In this document: in pieces, positions 62,251-64,000 of the stretch | Layout: every line of letters starts with the position of its first letter | How positions within the stretch are numbered: the stretch's first letter is position 1 | NCBI GenBank assembly: GCA_030265395.1 | Contig: JARFYF010000112.1 | Coordinates: forward strand, 60,885,582 to 60,949,581 | Origin: Rhina ancylostomus | Lineage: Eukaryota | Length of the DNA stretch: 64,000 nucleotides | Direction of reading: 5' to 3' | Notes under the pieces: generated by a model | Told to the model about the DNA's origin: nothing | The model's input: the letters and a program-made list of their open reading frames with translations, nothing else | The model's database searches: none | Translations under genes and position numbers: made by a program

Positions 62251-64000
62251 TTCCAATGATTCTCAACTATCGGAGAGAAGAAATTCCTCTTCTTCTGTCT
62301 TCAATTTATACCCTCAAGTCAATACCACCACCAGGAAAAGCATCCTTCTCGCATCCAGTTTATCACCTTATCATCTACCGCAGAATCACCTATCTTTTAA
62401 TGAAGCATTCAGAAAAGCCTTGAAATTATACAGAATGCACATAATAGCTAAAAGATATAAAACACATTTCTATCCTAATAATTAGAACTCCCATTCCACT
62501 CCTGCTCTACACTCCCAACACATTCTGAAGGAGGTACTTTTCTAAGGAATACATGACAGCATTTGTGCCTCACAGCCCTTGTGACCTCGGTTAGATAATC
62601 ATTCCAACTAATTACAAGTTTCTGGTTAACTGACATTGCTAAATAAACAAATAGGTCTGATCACATGAACTTGTATACAAATTAGCTGGCACATGTCTGA
62701 CATTGTTAGAGTGGTTACACATCCAAAAAAGTTCTTTGATATAAAATACTTGGTGTTCCAGTCATTATAAAGCTTATATAAATGCAAGTCCTTTCATTCT
62801 TTAACTTATTTTTATGTTTATTTTTTCCTTTTATCTTTGCTCAAAGGACTATAAGTTCCCATCCAGTGATTCAGTCAAAAGAGAATATATGGGTGGTGAG
62901 TATTGACAAACCAAGCGTCCATGGATATAGTCACTGAAATTGTGTTGTAATTGGACAAATTACTGAACAGAATTTGTCGGTCAGTGACTTGCTATACTTT
63001 TCTGCTCCTCCCAACCACACATTAACAAATCTTCTGAATTGCTGCTGCCAAACACTGTCCCCCAAATCCCTAGTCAATTCATTTTTATTACGGATCCGAT
63101 TACAGCACGGCTAGATTGCCGATTAAAGCACCTTGCAACTGAATGGGCCTTGCAAATGTAATCTCTATTAAAGCACCTGTCCAGCATGATGTAAAGTAAA
63201 CACTTATTCACCAGCCATTGGAGCACTGAAACAATGCTTGGAAAAAGCTCAAAATAATGTTTGCCATGTGAGGGACAGATATCTCATCTTCCCCAAAGGC
63301 AAAAGAAAATTACAACAGTCAGCTGAAAAATGACAAGTGAAAAATATGATTGGTGCTCACCATGTCTGAAGAAGAGGCAGTGGGGCTGAAATTCCTTTGC
63401 AGCTGTCTTGGGAATAGTTCTTGAGCACAGTGTAATTTCTACCCAGCACTTAGAGTAGCAATGTCAGAAATCTAAAATATGTGTCCGGTTCCTCTAATAA
63501 CATGGTCAACTGCATTGCAGAAAGTGATCATTTAAACTTTAAATCCCTTTAGAAGGTCTAGTCACATCAGACCTCACGGAGGCAGGCGGTCAGCAATGTG
63601 CAGCAGCTGGTCTTCACACAAAGCAGGATCAGCTCGGTGTGAAGATGCAGGAACAGGAAGATGTCCTTTGGGCTGATTGCCTCTATGCACAGCTGGAGGG
63701 ATGAGGAAAGGAGATCCCTGGGGTTTAGGCTTTAACAAAAGATGCTTAGTGAGCAAGGGAGTTTGGTTAAATCATCAAGGGAATTGCTTAACAGCTTCTG
63801 GTGAACACCTGTCAAGTCTAGGCGGATTCCACAAGCTGCATGTGTGAACCATGCATGCAATGAAACGAGCATACATGCATCACAAGAGTGAATGCGAGGA
63901 ACATGTGCATGGTTTAATAATCTTACTGAATACTCAGACTACTGTATCCAATGTTTGAGTTTGTAATCCAGGGACAGGATTAGTTTGACTGAATGGAAGA

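Noticed and set aside
63574-63800. GC-richer block possibly encoding a Harbinger Myb/SANT fragment
   Set aside because: Similarity is too weak to support by eye; it needs a profile search.

Overview
Eukaryotic, AT-rich vertebrate DNA from a gapped draft assembly with about 15 N-runs. The repeat content (HE1/V-SINE-like, DeuSINE/SacSINE1-like, CR1, Penelope-derived elements) points to a cartilaginous fish, probably a ray or shark; this is inference. There is one real protein-coding feature: the giant minus-strand ectodomain exon of a delta-1 protocadherin, best called PCDH11. It runs ~35581->32582 and encodes a signal peptide, 7 cadherin repeats, a TM segment and the proximal cytoplasmic tail. 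It has a CpG-island promoter at ~36.3-36.7 kb, a phase-0 splice donor at 32581 and a read-through short-isoform end with polyA signals. Positions 1-32.5 kb are inferred to be the following large intron, and I found no downstream CM1/CM2/CM3 exon. Positions 36.7-64 kb are upstream sequence. The rest is decayed mobile DNA: CR1 and RTE LINEs, several SINE families, Tc1/pogo-type MITEs and a fragmented Harbinger transposase. There is also a family of short Penelope-derived elements carrying decayed minimal hammerhead-ribozyme cores, one of them a TSD-flanked palindromic dimer. I see no well-supported wholly new system. The most interesting points are the hammerhead-bearing elements, the intron-less and PCDH9-like character of this PCDH11, and a few unexplained hairpins and candidate conserved non-coding elements. 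Repeat family names and homologue comparisons come from my recall of consensus sequences, not from a database search, and repeat boundaries are approximate (about +/-30 bp).
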